From: Gammaproteobacteria bacterium | GTDB lineage: Bacteria; Pseudomonadota; Gammaproteobacteria; S012-40 | DNA: 64,000 nucleotides | NCBI GenBank assembly: GCA_919902765.1 | Contig: CAKKRP010000023.1 | Span: 744 to 64,743 of the forward strand | Direction of reading: 5' to 3' | Made by a program: the position numbers and the translations under genes | Part shown: in pieces, positions 1 through 9,269 of the stretch | Layout of the letters: every line of letters begins with the position of its first letter | Position numbering within the stretch: the first letter of the stretch is position 1 | The notes under the pieces: generated by a model | Told to the model about the DNA's origin: nothing | Seen by the model: only the letters and a program-made list of their open reading frames with translations | Database searches by the model: none

Positions 1-275
1 AGTTGCATGGATTCCGCGAGCTGTTTGAGAATGTGCAAATACGTGTGTAAGGTTTGAGTAAACGAAATCACCACCGTATCGCGTTCTTTACCGCGTTGTT
101 CCAAATGCTCGCGCAGCACGGACTTGCCCAGGCCGGGATGGCCGACGATGACGGAGAAGCCGCCATGTTGCGCGTGAATTTTAATCATCTCCATGGCCTC
201 GGACTGCTGCGGCAGCAACGCGCAATCGTGGCGATAAAAAGGTTCTTTGGTTAAACCCCAGGTGGATTTGATCAT
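1..275 (-). CDS. ExeA/GspA-family AAA ATPase, transposon-associated; runs off the window edge
   Basis: Manual translation from ATG at 275: MIKSTWGLTKEPFYRHD...FSVIVGHPGLGKSVLRE... with Walker A GHPGLGKS. The start overlaps the upstream stop (ATGA). Not in the ORF track because it has no stop in the window. Confidence 0.8.
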   Translation of the reverse strand, partial: MIKSTWGLTKEPFYRHDCALLPQQSEAMEMIKIHAQHGGFSVIVGHPGLGKSVLREHLEQRGKERDTVVISFTQTLHTYLHILKQLAESMQ

Positions 276-470
276 GGCAGCACCTCGTCAGACGCAGCCA
301 TGGGAAGACGTAGTTGCGCATTGGCATACAAATCCAACGCGGTGGCCTCGCCCATGCGGAGCCCATCGAAAAACACCACAAAGCGGTCGTGGCGCATCCG
401 GTCATAACGCACTTGAACCGTTTTTTCGCGCAGATCGACGGGGCATTCAAAACGCTGCGAGTTGTGTAGC
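272..470 (-). pseudogene. C-terminal fragment of a DDE-type integrase/transposase (Mu-transposase C-terminal-like)
   Basis: RFECPVDLREKTVQVRYDR...VVFFDGLRMGEATALDLYAN resembles the C-terminus of rve integrases that precede ExeA ATPases. No catalytic core is present upstream. The 5' boundary is approximate. Confidence 0.65.
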
Positions 471-840
471 GCACCCCACTCCAATCGTAATCTCAGCCAA
501 GTACCGCATCGCACAATTTAGTAAAAATAGAGCATTCTTTCCACTTTGCCGTCATCACATTTAAGGAACCTAGTCACGCTGGCGGAATATGTCAACCTAT
601 TTTAGACACCTAAATTACAGATAAACTATATTTCGCTGCGCAGCAGCGGGGCACCCCCGGCGTACCCCTTGCGGGTGCAACATCGTCAGCCGCAGCAACA
701 CGATCCCGGCCCTCGACGGCCTCTTAGGTGGGTTACGAGCACAATAGGCTTGCGTAAACCCGGCCGCCTCGACTAGCATACCACCCATCTGTAGAGTTCC
801 ACGTGGGGGCGGTTGCGCTCTGCGTAATGAGGGGGGGGAT

Positions 841-1713
841 ATGCAAGCGAAATGGTTGGGAATTGCCCTTGCGGCCGGTTCCGTGATCGGTATGGTGGTG
901 GGCGCGCTCGCTGTCCGTCCCGCCTTGGCCGGCATCGCGCAATCGGTGCATAATTTGGGTACGACAGGGGTAGGGTCCAACCCGAATGGCGGTGCCCGCA
1001 ATCAGTTTTCCGGCACGGCGGAAATCTGTGTGTTTTGTCATACGCCGCACGGTGGCGATGCGAACGCCGCAGTACCGTTGTGGAATCGGCGTTTGAGCAA
1101 TCCCGCGATTTACCAAACTTACGATCAGCTCGGCACCAGCACCCTAGATGCCAAGGTCGCGGCAGTGGGGTCGGTGTCCTTAGGTTGTCTGTCGTGCCAC
1201 GATGGCACTCAGGCGATAGACGCCGTGATTAACGAACCGGGGTCAGGTGCGGATAACCCTGGTTTTAGAGCGGGGACATGGACAGGCACCGACAATAATT
1301 TGGGTAAACTCGCCCCAAGCGTCGTGCAAATGTTGGGTATAGATCTCACCAATGACCATCCGATAGGCATGCAGTACGCTGGCGGCGGGCTTTCAGCCGC
1401 GCGACCCATACTCCCCCAAGGCGAAACCACCGATCCGGATTTCGCTCCTGTGCGCTATAAAGTCGAAAACGGTCGTTACTTTTGGTGGGTGGACAAAGAT
1501 TGGCGTATCGGCGGCGATGGCGAGCGCACCAAGAACGATGCCGTGTTATATACACGAGACGCCAACAATGGCTATGCCGGTCAATCGGGGCCAGAGCCGT
1601 TTGTCGAATGCGCCAGTTGCCATGACCCGCATACGACCGATAATCCCACGTTTTTGCGTGTTAGCAACACCGAAACGCCGAGCGGTTTGTGTCTGACGTG
1701 TCACGTCAAATAA
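841..1713 (+). CDS. uetA: Secreted tetraheme c-type cytochrome, OmcE-like motif series (UetA-like)
   Basis: Signal peptide; CVFCH, CLSCH, CASCH, CLTCH; motifs HNL, CHTPH, PLWNR, CHDG, DLTNDHPIG, CHDPH, FLR. Symbol from gene order. Confidence 0.85.
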   Translation: MQAKWLGIALAAGSVIGMVVGALAVRPALAGIAQSVHNLGTTGVGSNPNGGARNQFSGTAEICVFCHTPHGGDANAAVPLWNRRLSNPAIYQTYDQLGTSTLDAKVAAVGSVSLGCLSCHDGTQAIDAVINEPGSGADNPGFRAGTWTGTDNNLGKLAPSVVQMLGIDLTNDHPIGMQYAGGGLSAARPILPQGETTDPDFAPVRYKVENGRYFWWVDKDWRIGGDGERTKNDAVLYTRDANNGYAGQSGPEPFVECASCHDPHTTDNPTFLRVSNTETPSGLCLTCHVK

Positions 1714-2660
1714 ATTGGCGGCGTAGCGTTTACGTCATCGTCATGTGTGCGCTGGCGGGGCACGCCTGGGCCGCGAACGATGAATTTGCGACCGTTGACG
1801 GTGAGCGCATCACCGCGCAAGAATATCGTTTAGCGGTGCAATCGGGGATCAAAAAGCGGTTTTATCACGGCACGATTCCCGAGGATAAATTGCGTCAGTT
1901 TCGTGAGGAAGTCGGGCAGCAATTGGTCGATCGCGTGTTGTTAGTAAAAGAGGCCGCGCGGCGTAATGTGCGTGCCGATGCGCGTGTAGTCGAAGCACAA
2001 CTACACGAATATCAATCGCGTCTTAAAAAAAACGATAAACATATAGTCACAACCGAAATGCAAGCGGGGTTGCGCCATTTCCTGGAAGAAGAAAATCAGA
2101 TGCAGCAACTCGAACGCATAATCAAAACCGTGACCGCACCGGAAGAACCGGTCGTGATGGCCTATTACCGCCAACACCCGGAATTGTTCACCACGCCGGA
2201 ACGTATCCATGCCTCGATAATTTTATTAAAAGTAGATCCGGCGGCAGGCGCGGCGGCGTGGAATGCCGCACAACAAGAGGCGCAACAAATTGTCACGCGA
2301 TTGCGCAAAGGCGCCGGTTTCGCGGAATTAGCCCGTATCCATTCGGGGGATGAATCGGCGTCTAAAGGCGGTGATTTAGGCTTTATCCATGCCGGGATGT
2401 TGGCCGAACCGGCGCAGCAAGCCTTATCCAAATTGCAGTCGGCACAAATAAGCGAACCGGTGATGTTGTTGCAAGGGGTGGCGGTGTTGCGATTAGAAGA
2501 GCGTGAAGCGCCTAAGCTTAATGAATTTAAAACCGTTGCGGCGCGCGCCCGAGAGTTATGGCAACGCAATCGCGCGCAGACGGCGTGGCGTGAGTTTATC
2601 GAAGGCTTGCGTAAACGCGCGGACATACACATCAATACGACGCTCTATCGGGAGACGTGA
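1689..2660 (+). CDS. uetB: PpiC/parvulin-type peptidyl-prolyl isomerase chaperone with SurA-like N-domain (UetB-like)
   Basis: Signal peptide ending AWA; FAELARIHSGDESASKGGDLG rotamase motif. Start is GTG 1689 or ATG 1743. Confidence 0.9.
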   Translation: MSDVSRQINWRRSVYVIVMCALAGHAWAANDEFATVDGERITAQEYRLAVQSGIKKRFYHGTIPEDKLRQFREEVGQQLVDRVLLVKEAARRNVRADARVVEAQLHEYQSRLKKNDKHIVTTEMQAGLRHFLEEENQMQQLERIIKTVTAPEEPVVMAYYRQHPELFTTPERIHASIILLKVDPAAGAAAWNAAQQEAQQIVTRLRKGAGFAELARIHSGDESASKGGDLGFIHAGMLAEPAQQALSKLQSAQISEPVMLLQGVAVLRLEEREAPKLNEFKTVAARARELWQRNRAQTAWREFIEGLRKRADIHINTTLYRET

Positions 2661-2783
2661 GGGCGGTTTACAGGGCATTGTACGATGACGTACACTGCGG
2701 GGCTCGCGGTGCGGGGAAGGCGCTAAGCGAGAGGGGTAAATGGGTGGTAACACCCTTGTTGAACGTGGATAGTAAGGCATTCC

Positions 2784-4709
2784 GTGAAGATGCGTGGGGG
2801 GGGTAGACCAGTCGCGTGGGCCGTGTTGTGGCTGTTGCCGTTATTGATAACGGTAAACGCCTATGCGGGTGTTAGCCCGTGGCGTATGGGCGGTAATCTC
2901 GAATACAACTACCGCCAAACCGATACCCAGCCTGGCAACACGTCATCCTATGACCACCGTTTTTTGGGTGCATTGGATATCAACGGCTATTTAGGTCAGC
3001 CGTGGGTGGCAACCACCGATGCGGGTGGGACGGTCAGTGTGGGCCAAATACGCTCTAGCAGTGGGCAGCGTAGCGATGCCGATCTATTGACCGGGCGTTT
3101 CAATTTTAATTTATTCCCCAGCAGCCATTTTCCAGCGTCGTTTACCTATCAGGCGAGTAACAATGTCATCGATTGGGTCAATACTCAACAATCTTCCGCA
3201 CTGACGCTGAACGATCGTTATCGTTCCAGTTATATGAGTTTGCGCCAAGGATTGATTGCGCCCCAAGGGGATCGTGCGGATGTATTTTACCAAGTGAATG
3301 ATCGCAGCACCGATAAGAAGGATTTCGGGCGCTACACAGATAAAACCCTAGGATTGAAGACCCAGTTGCGTGGCGAAGGCGTTAATTTTTATGCCACCGG
3401 GACCCAATTGATGGGCTCGCAGTCGGCGACCGGCGATACCCAAACCAGCACCAACGGGGTGGCCAACCTCGGCATTTTCCCGGGCAGCGATTTCTACTTA
3501 AACACCTTGGGTACGTTGGTGAGCACGTCACGCAAAGATGGCGCGGCGCGGCCCAGCGGCACAGTTGCGCCTAGTAATGGTAGTTTTGCCTCTAACGCCG
3601 ACACGTCGATACAGCAAGTGGCCAGTTATTTTTATTGGCGACCGGAATACAAGGCCTACGCTATGACCGGCGGGGCGCGTTTGCATAGACGCAATGCCGT
3701 GTTCGCCGAACAATTAACGGAGTTGACCCAGCTCAATTCAACTGCGTCTGTAGAGCAACAATTAATTAAGGCGGATATTGTTAACGAACAATATGATGTC
3801 GCCGCCAATCTCGCTGCGGATTATCAATTTACGATGCGTACACGCATGTATGTTGCCGCCGATTTTTCCAGCGCCAATACCTTGACGACGTGCAATTATC
3901 AGCCTTCGCCCTATCAAATTTCAGTGTTAGGGTGTACAGACTCCGCCAATAACAGTTGGGGCGGCACCGGGTCTGGCGCGGTGATACATCAATCCGATAA
4001 ATATGTTTACAACGGCATAGGGTGGTATTGGTACGCCGACGGCAACACCTCCGCGAAATTGCTGACTCAATATGAGGCGCGCGATTGGTCAGGCGCCACG
4101 AGTGGCGGTATAACGCACACCGGATACTATAATTGGGTGACCGGTAATCGCGGCACATTGCGCGTCACCGCGACGCAAGGCGCACGCCAATTTCTCACCT
4201 ACTCCAGTGCCGATTCCAACCGGATGAATGTGGCGCATACGCTATCGATGACTTGGAATAATAATGACGAGGGGGTCAATTCCTTCTTGCAGGCCTTGGT
4301 GACGGACAATCACGAGCTCGGCTTAGATCGAAATTCCCAATTGATAAACTTGCAGTATTCAAGTACCTACGCCATTTCCCGGGTCAGCAATTTTGGCGGC
4401 CATGTCTCGGCGCAGAGCGCGCGACGTTATGACACCTTGGGCAGCACCGGGTTTTTGACCACCGCGAGCGGACGATTGAGCTACCAACATGCGCGGGTTT
4501 TTGGTATATATCGGTTGCGATTCAATGCGCGCGGGGACTTGTCTTTAGTCGAAGTTCAATATGGCGGGGCACGCCGTCAATTTGACTGGCAGAACGATTT
4601 GGATTACAACATCGGAAGGCTGAGTACGGCGCTTATGTATCGAATGTTGTACAATGAAGGGGCTCAGAATACGCAAATGCTGTTACTGAAGGTGAGCCGG
4701 AATTTTTGA
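2784..4709 (+). CDS. uetC: Outer-membrane beta-barrel protein (UetC-like)
   Basis: Signal peptide (AYA); many amphipathic Tyr/Gly/Ser/Asn-rich strands; C-terminal LKVSRNF BAM-type signature; no CxxCH. Confidence 0.8.
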   Translation: MKMRGGGRPVAWAVLWLLPLLITVNAYAGVSPWRMGGNLEYNYRQTDTQPGNTSSYDHRFLGALDINGYLGQPWVATTDAGGTVSVGQIRSSSGQRSDADLLTGRFNFNLFPSSHFPASFTYQASNNVIDWVNTQQSSALTLNDRYRSSYMSLRQGLIAPQGDRADVFYQVNDRSTDKKDFGRYTDKTLGLKTQLRGEGVNFYATGTQLMGSQSATGDTQTSTNGVANLGIFPGSDFYLNTLGTLVSTSRKDGAARPSGTVAPSNGSFASNADTSIQQVASYFYWRPEYKAYAMTGGARLHRRNAVFAEQLTELTQLNSTASVEQQLIKADIVNEQYDVAANLAADYQFTMRTRMYVAADFSSANTLTTCNYQPSPYQISVLGCTDSANNSWGGTGSGAVIHQSDKYVYNGIGWYWYADGNTSAKLLTQYEARDWSGATSGGITHTGYYNWVTGNRGTLRVTATQGARQFLTYSSADSNRMNVAHTLSMTWNNNDEGVNSFLQALVTDNHELGLDRNSQLINLQYSSTYAISRVSNFGGHVSAQSARRYDTLGSTGFLTTASGRLSYQHARVFGIYRLRFNARGDLSLVEVQYGGARRQFDWQNDLDYNIGRLSTALMYRMLYNEGAQNTQMLLLKVSRNF

Positions 4710-4866
4710 TCTGCCCGTAGCCTGACGATACCGGAGTTACCGTATAGGTAGATTCGGGGGGGTAGGGCTGTTGCAGGCAGAGAGAGTTGCGGCCAGGTAA
4801 AGTCAGCATAGTATAATAAACTGGGGAGATTTTTTTATTAACACCATCATATGGGAGCGACTAGCA

Positions 4867-5280
4867 ATGTGGAGATATGCCATATTTGGATTGGTGGGAT
4901 GGGTTTCGGCGTTGCTGATATCCATTCCGGCGCAGGCGGAATATGCCGACGTGGTCATTAACAATTATGCCGATGCGGCAGGTATGCGTCCGGTGGTATT
5001 TCCGCACTGGTACCACCGTGTGCGCTTCCGTTGTAAGGTGTGCCACGCCGATCTTGGATTCCAGTTCAAGGCCGGTGGTAACAAGATCACCATGGCCAAA
5101 ATCGTAGACGGTCAGTTCTGTGGCGCTTGCCACAACGGTGAAATTTCGTGGTCGGTAGAAAATTGCGGCATGTGTCACTCGGGCGTGCCCGGCACGGCGA
5201 CGCAAATCCACGGCAGCACCGTACAACGTCTCGTCGCGCCTACTTATGAGGCGCTATCTGACAAAAAGAAAGCGCAGTAA
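4867..5280 (+). CDS. uetD: Periplasmic c7-type triheme cytochrome (UetD-like)
   Basis: Signal peptide; VVFPHWYH; CKVCH, CGACH, CGMCH. Confidence 0.9.
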   Translation: MWRYAIFGLVGWVSALLISIPAQAEYADVVINNYADAAGMRPVVFPHWYHRVRFRCKVCHADLGFQFKAGGNKITMAKIVDGQFCGACHNGEISWSVENCGMCHSGVPGTATQIHGSTVQRLVAPTYEALSDKKKAQ

Positions 5281-5292
5281 GGAGGCATAGCT

Positions 5293-5979
5293 ATGAGAAT
5301 GATCGCGACGATAGCAACACTCGCATTGTCCCTAGGGACGGCCGCAGCGACGTGGGCGGCGGATAAGGCGGACAATAACAGCAAGCCTGTTACCTCCGCT
5401 GAAATCACCGGCTCGGTACCTGCGCAAATTAACGTTTCTAATGCCAATGTCTTCAACCGTTTGTTGAAGAAAGACAAAGAACGCAACTCTGCGCCGCCGA
5501 CTGACGGTATACACGATGCCGATAACGAGGGCACCCACCAGTTACAACCGCCTAAGGTCGCCTACGAAGGTTTCCCGACGACGGAGTTCGGCAACTACAT
5601 CGATTGGGTAAAGTCCTTGAATGGCGGTAATATTAATCCGCGTTATGATCGTGAAGATCCTAGTGTCGAGCCCATCGTGATGGACTTAGACATACTGCGT
5701 GAGGTCAAGGCCTCCATGCCGGACGTGATCTTCCCGCACAAACCGCATACACAGTGGCTGCATTGCTCCAACTGCCATCCCAAAATCTTTAAGCCGCAAC
5801 GTGGCTCTAACCAGATCAATATGTCGCAGATTTTGCTCGGCCAGAAGTGCGGCGTATGCCACGGCAAGGTGTCTTTCCCGATCACCACCAAGTCTTGCAC
5901 AAAGTGCCATTCCAAGCCCAAACCGGCGGAATGGAAGCCACCATTGAGCGACGCGAGTGTGAAAAATCCGTGGCGCTAA
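5293..5979 (+). CDS. uetE: c7-type triheme cytochrome with N-terminal extension (UetE-like)
   Basis: GGAGG RBS; signal peptide; VIFPHKPH; CSNCH, CGVCH, CTKCH. Confidence 0.9.
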   Translation: MRMIATIATLALSLGTAAATWAADKADNNSKPVTSAEITGSVPAQINVSNANVFNRLLKKDKERNSAPPTDGIHDADNEGTHQLQPPKVAYEGFPTTEFGNYIDWVKSLNGGNINPRYDREDPSVEPIVMDLDILREVKASMPDVIFPHKPHTQWLHCSNCHPKIFKPQRGSNQINMSQILLGQKCGVCHGKVSFPITTKSCTKCHSKPKPAEWKPPLSDASVKNPWR

Positions 5980-6093
5980 GCTGCGGTTTTTAAAGGAATA
6001 ATTACACGGCGGGGTGTGGTGTGGCCGCACCCCAAACGGTTGGCTGGTGGGCGCGGGTGGCTCACTCGCCAACGCTTATGTGCGCGGGCGAAT

Positions 6094-7653
6094 ATGAAAG
6101 ACGGGGGCGGATCATCTTGGTGGTATAGGCTAGCGGCCATAGGCCTGCTAGCGGTCTTCGTCTGCGGGTGTAGTTGGGGCCGTGGTAAGGGCGTTAAAAC
6201 GCCTTCCGTCCCCAGCCCTAAGGCGATACCAGCCGATAACACTGTACGGCCGGAATTGGCTCCACCCGTGGAAGATGTTGCCGTTGAAGTGATTGCCTTA
6301 CCCGCAGACGCCGTGCCCGGCAAGGCGCAGCCTATGCCCGAAACGCCTACGGCGATACCGATAGCGCCAGCGACGTTGTCAGCCCCGGTAAGCGCGCCCG
6401 CGCCGCCATTGCCAGCGGTAAATCCTGCGGGGGCCACGCCACAGAGCGCGTTACCGCCTAACACTTATCGCGTGACGGTGGGCATAAAAGACACCTCGCA
6501 TCCAAACTACGGCGTGGGCAACACCATGGGTTTTGTTGTGAATGGCGAACCCGGTAAAACATTGGTGGTTAAACGCGGTACCGAATCCACGTTTGAAGTG
6601 GTAACCGATATTAAACACGATTTTTATTTGTCTACGAGCCCGATCGGTTGGGGCAGCGGGGCCTTTGGCACGGGCGTACGTGGCAACTTTACCTACCGGG
6701 GGGAAGTCACGCTGACCCCGACGGCGGATACGCCGGATACGCTGTATTATCAATGCCGTAATCATAAAGCGATGGGCGGTAAGATCTTGGTGGTGAATCC
6801 CAACGCCGACCTCGCCGCAGTGCAAAAACAAATCGCCGCCGAGCGTACCCAAAATGGCGGGGCGATAGTTGCTGAAGCCGCCACAACGGCCGCTCAGGGC
6901 AGCGCCACCAAACAAAAAATGGACTATGCGAATATGCTGTTTAAGGCTAAGAGCGCCAAACTCACGCCGGAGCTCGCCAAGCAATTTGAAAAAGAATTGG
7001 CGCAAGGCAACACCTTGGTGCATGGCAAAGACGAAGCGCGCACGCTTGCGTATGCCGATGATTACATCAAACGATTAAACGCCGCGACGGCAGGTAAACG
7101 TAGCGATGAGGCGATGGCGGAAGCGCGCAAGTCTTATCATGAATTGTTAGAGGCCGTACACAGTTTTGAAAAATCTCACGCCGATAACAGCAAACGCGCG
7201 CGGGCGGCGGGCGGCAAACGGGTCGATTATGATAAAAAACAAGTTGATCAATTGATTGCCGAGGCCGCGCAATTGGCGGCTAAAAATCAATACGATACTG
7301 CGAATGCCAAATTGCAACAGGCGCAGCGCCTCGTTACGTTGGCGATTAATGAAATGTTGCATCAACAGACCTTGGTCTACGATAAAAATTTTGCGACGCC
7401 CAGAGACGAATATGAATTTGAATTGGGGCGTCTAGACAGTTATGTCGAATTGATCCCAGTGGCAAAAGAACAGCGTGTACCTACGCCGGCGATGGAAAAG
7501 TTGATGGAACCGTTCAACGCCAAGGCCGAAAATTTACGCGCCATGGCGGTCAAGTCGGCAAGCGAAGGCGATCATAAAAATGCGATCTTAATGCTGCAAG
7601 CAGGCACCGAAAACGTGCAACGTGTGTTGCGGCTATTAGGCGTGAGCATGTAA
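6094..7653 (+). CDS. Lipoprotein: Pro-rich linker, cupredoxin-like domain, helical C-domain (UetF position)
   Basis: Lipobox-like VCGC; Pro/Ala-rich tether; KHDFYL...TPDTLYYQCRNHKAMGG. ATG 6094 preferred over GTG 6016. Confidence 0.7.
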   Translation: MKDGGGSSWWYRLAAIGLLAVFVCGCSWGRGKGVKTPSVPSPKAIPADNTVRPELAPPVEDVAVEVIALPADAVPGKAQPMPETPTAIPIAPATLSAPVSAPAPPLPAVNPAGATPQSALPPNTYRVTVGIKDTSHPNYGVGNTMGFVVNGEPGKTLVVKRGTESTFEVVTDIKHDFYLSTSPIGWGSGAFGTGVRGNFTYRGEVTLTPTADTPDTLYYQCRNHKAMGGKILVVNPNADLAAVQKQIAAERTQNGGAIVAEAATTAAQGSATKQKMDYANMLFKAKSAKLTPELAKQFEKELAQGNTLVHGKDEARTLAYADDYIKRLNAATAGKRSDEAMAEARKSYHELLEAVHSFEKSHADNSKRARAAGGKRVDYDKKQVDQLIAEAAQLAAKNQYDTANAKLQQAQRLVTLAINEMLHQQTLVYDKNFATPRDEYEFELGRLDSYVELIPVAKEQRVPTPAMEKLMEPFNAKAENLRAMAVKSASEGDHKNAILMLQAGTENVQRVLRLLGVSM

Positions 7654-7679
7654 GTATACAACATGGCTAAACAGGCACG

Positions 7680-8237
7680 GTGAAGATAATGGGCAAGTTA
7701 CACATAGTCTTGGTGGCGATGGCGGCGTTGGCGGCGGGGCCGCTATTTGCCGAGGATAATTCCGGACATTTTCAATTAAACGGCGACGTGGTGCCCCTGG
7801 CGCATGATGGCATCCATGATCCTGAAAATGAGGCCGTGCGCATTTTACAGCCGCCCGCCGAGGCGATGTTGAATTTTCCGCGCGATGAACGCGGCATCAT
7901 CAACTGGGTGGAGACGCTCAACAAGGGGTTAGTCAATCCGCGCGCAGGCGTCACCGGTGACGAAAAAATGCATTCGGTGGATTTCGATGTCATTTTTCGT
8001 AACACCGCATCCATGCCCTATGTGCGATTCCCGCACCTGCCGCATACCCAGTGGTTGACTTGTAAAAACTGTCATCCAGGGATTTTCATTCCGCAGCGCG
8101 GCGCCAATCCTGTCACCATGGCCGCCATCATCTCCGGCGAATATTGCGGTGTATGTCACGGCAAGGTCGCGTTTCCGCCTTATGAGTGTAATCGATGCCA
8201 CAAAGTGCCCAAAGAAAGCGTAGGTTTGCGTTACTAA
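7680..8237 (+). CDS. uetG: c7-type triheme cytochrome (UetG-like), paralog of 5293..5979
   Basis: Signal peptide; DGIHDPEN, LQPP, INWV, VRFPHLPH; CKNCH, CGVCH, CNRCH. Confidence 0.9.
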   Translation: MKIMGKLHIVLVAMAALAAGPLFAEDNSGHFQLNGDVVPLAHDGIHDPENEAVRILQPPAEAMLNFPRDERGIINWVETLNKGLVNPRAGVTGDEKMHSVDFDVIFRNTASMPYVRFPHLPHTQWLTCKNCHPGIFIPQRGANPVTMAAIISGEYCGVCHGKVAFPPYECNRCHKVPKESVGLRY

Positions 8238-9211
8238 TCACGGTTGCGCTGGCGCATACGGCATGCGCGCTCAAACCGGTGGCGCAAGCGCCCGATGCGC
8301 CAGTCGCGCCGTTTGCGGCCAAGAGCCTGACCTATGTGGCGACGCTGGATAATGTACGCCTCGGTTACGCGGATAAATTTTTGCGCGTATTGTTCGGGCG
8401 CAATGAATATCGGTTGGAACGTCCGGTCGCCATAGCCGCGCGCGATAAAAATCTATATATCGCGGACGCAGGCGCGCATATCATTTTTCGTTATGACATA
8501 GCCAGGAAAATATTAACCAAAATCGGTAGTGCCGGTGACAAATTGGCGGGCGAGGCGGGCGGAATTTACGTCGCCGCCAACGGCGATTTTTATGTCGCCG
8601 ATCCAGTAGGTCAACAAGTTCTCAAATTCTCTCGCAATGGCGATTTATTACAGACATTTCGCGACGCGCCCAATATTTCGCGACCCATTGCCGTGGCCGT
8701 CGATGAAAACAGCGGGCGTCTATTTGTGGCCGATGAGGTCTATAGTCATGTCGTGGTATTTAACGCCGAGGGTGAGGCCATACAAGGCATAGGCGCGCGC
8801 GGTTTAAATGCCGGACCGGGAAATTTTCGCGTCATCACCGATATGGCCATGGCCCCCGCAGGGCTGTACGTGACGGATCGCGTTGAATTGCGTGTGCAAT
8901 TGCTCGATTTGCAGGGCAAATTCGTGCGCAGCTTTGGACAACAAGAGTTGATTTTCCCCTTGGCGATTGCCCGCGACGCGCATGGGCGTGTCTACGTCAC
9001 CGATCGTAGTGACAACCGTTTACGCATTTTCGATGCGCAAGGGCAGTTGATCGAGGCTGTAGGTCACAATGGCAGCGGCCCCGGCGAATTTCGTTTGGCC
9101 AATGACATGGCTATCGCCGACGATAGTTTATATATCGCGGATAGCTTGAATGGGCGTATACAAGTGTTCAAAATAGAGCCGCCCAAAACAGAGATGTCTG
9201 CGATCAAATAG
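8195..9211 (+). CDS. uetH: NHL-repeat beta-propeller, probable lipoprotein (UetH-like)
   Basis: Repeated P..IA....G.(L/V)YVAD....R(I/V)..F NHL units; basic-hydrophobic-Cys N-terminus; overlaps the previous gene by 43 nt. Confidence 0.85.
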   Translation: MPQSAQRKRRFALLITVALAHTACALKPVAQAPDAPVAPFAAKSLTYVATLDNVRLGYADKFLRVLFGRNEYRLERPVAIAARDKNLYIADAGAHIIFRYDIARKILTKIGSAGDKLAGEAGGIYVAANGDFYVADPVGQQVLKFSRNGDLLQTFRDAPNISRPIAVAVDENSGRLFVADEVYSHVVVFNAEGEAIQGIGARGLNAGPGNFRVITDMAMAPAGLYVTDRVELRVQLLDLQGKFVRSFGQQELIFPLAIARDAHGRVYVTDRSDNRLRIFDAQGQLIEAVGHNGSGPGEFRLANDMAIADDSLYIADSLNGRIQVFKIEPPKTEMSAIK

Positions 9212-9269
9212 TGCCGTGTGATAAGCGACGAAAGTGGCCCAGCGCAACAATGACAACGCGAAACTTTTT

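Larger units (their letters stand above)
1..470 (-). mobile_element. Truncated integrase + ExeA-ATPase transposon remnant
   Basis: Translationally coupled integrase tail and ATPase; no terminal inverted repeat identified. Confidence 0.6.

Noticed and set aside
615-1116. Minus-strand ORFs 615..1001 and 733..1116
   Set aside because: Antisense shadows of the tetraheme gene and its leader, with no motifs.
4665-4745. c-di-GMP-I/GEMM riboswitch suggested by ACGCAAA...GATACCGGAGTTACCG
   Set aside because: The 5' part lies inside the barrel CDS, and the required P2/P3 pairings and GNRA loop are absent.
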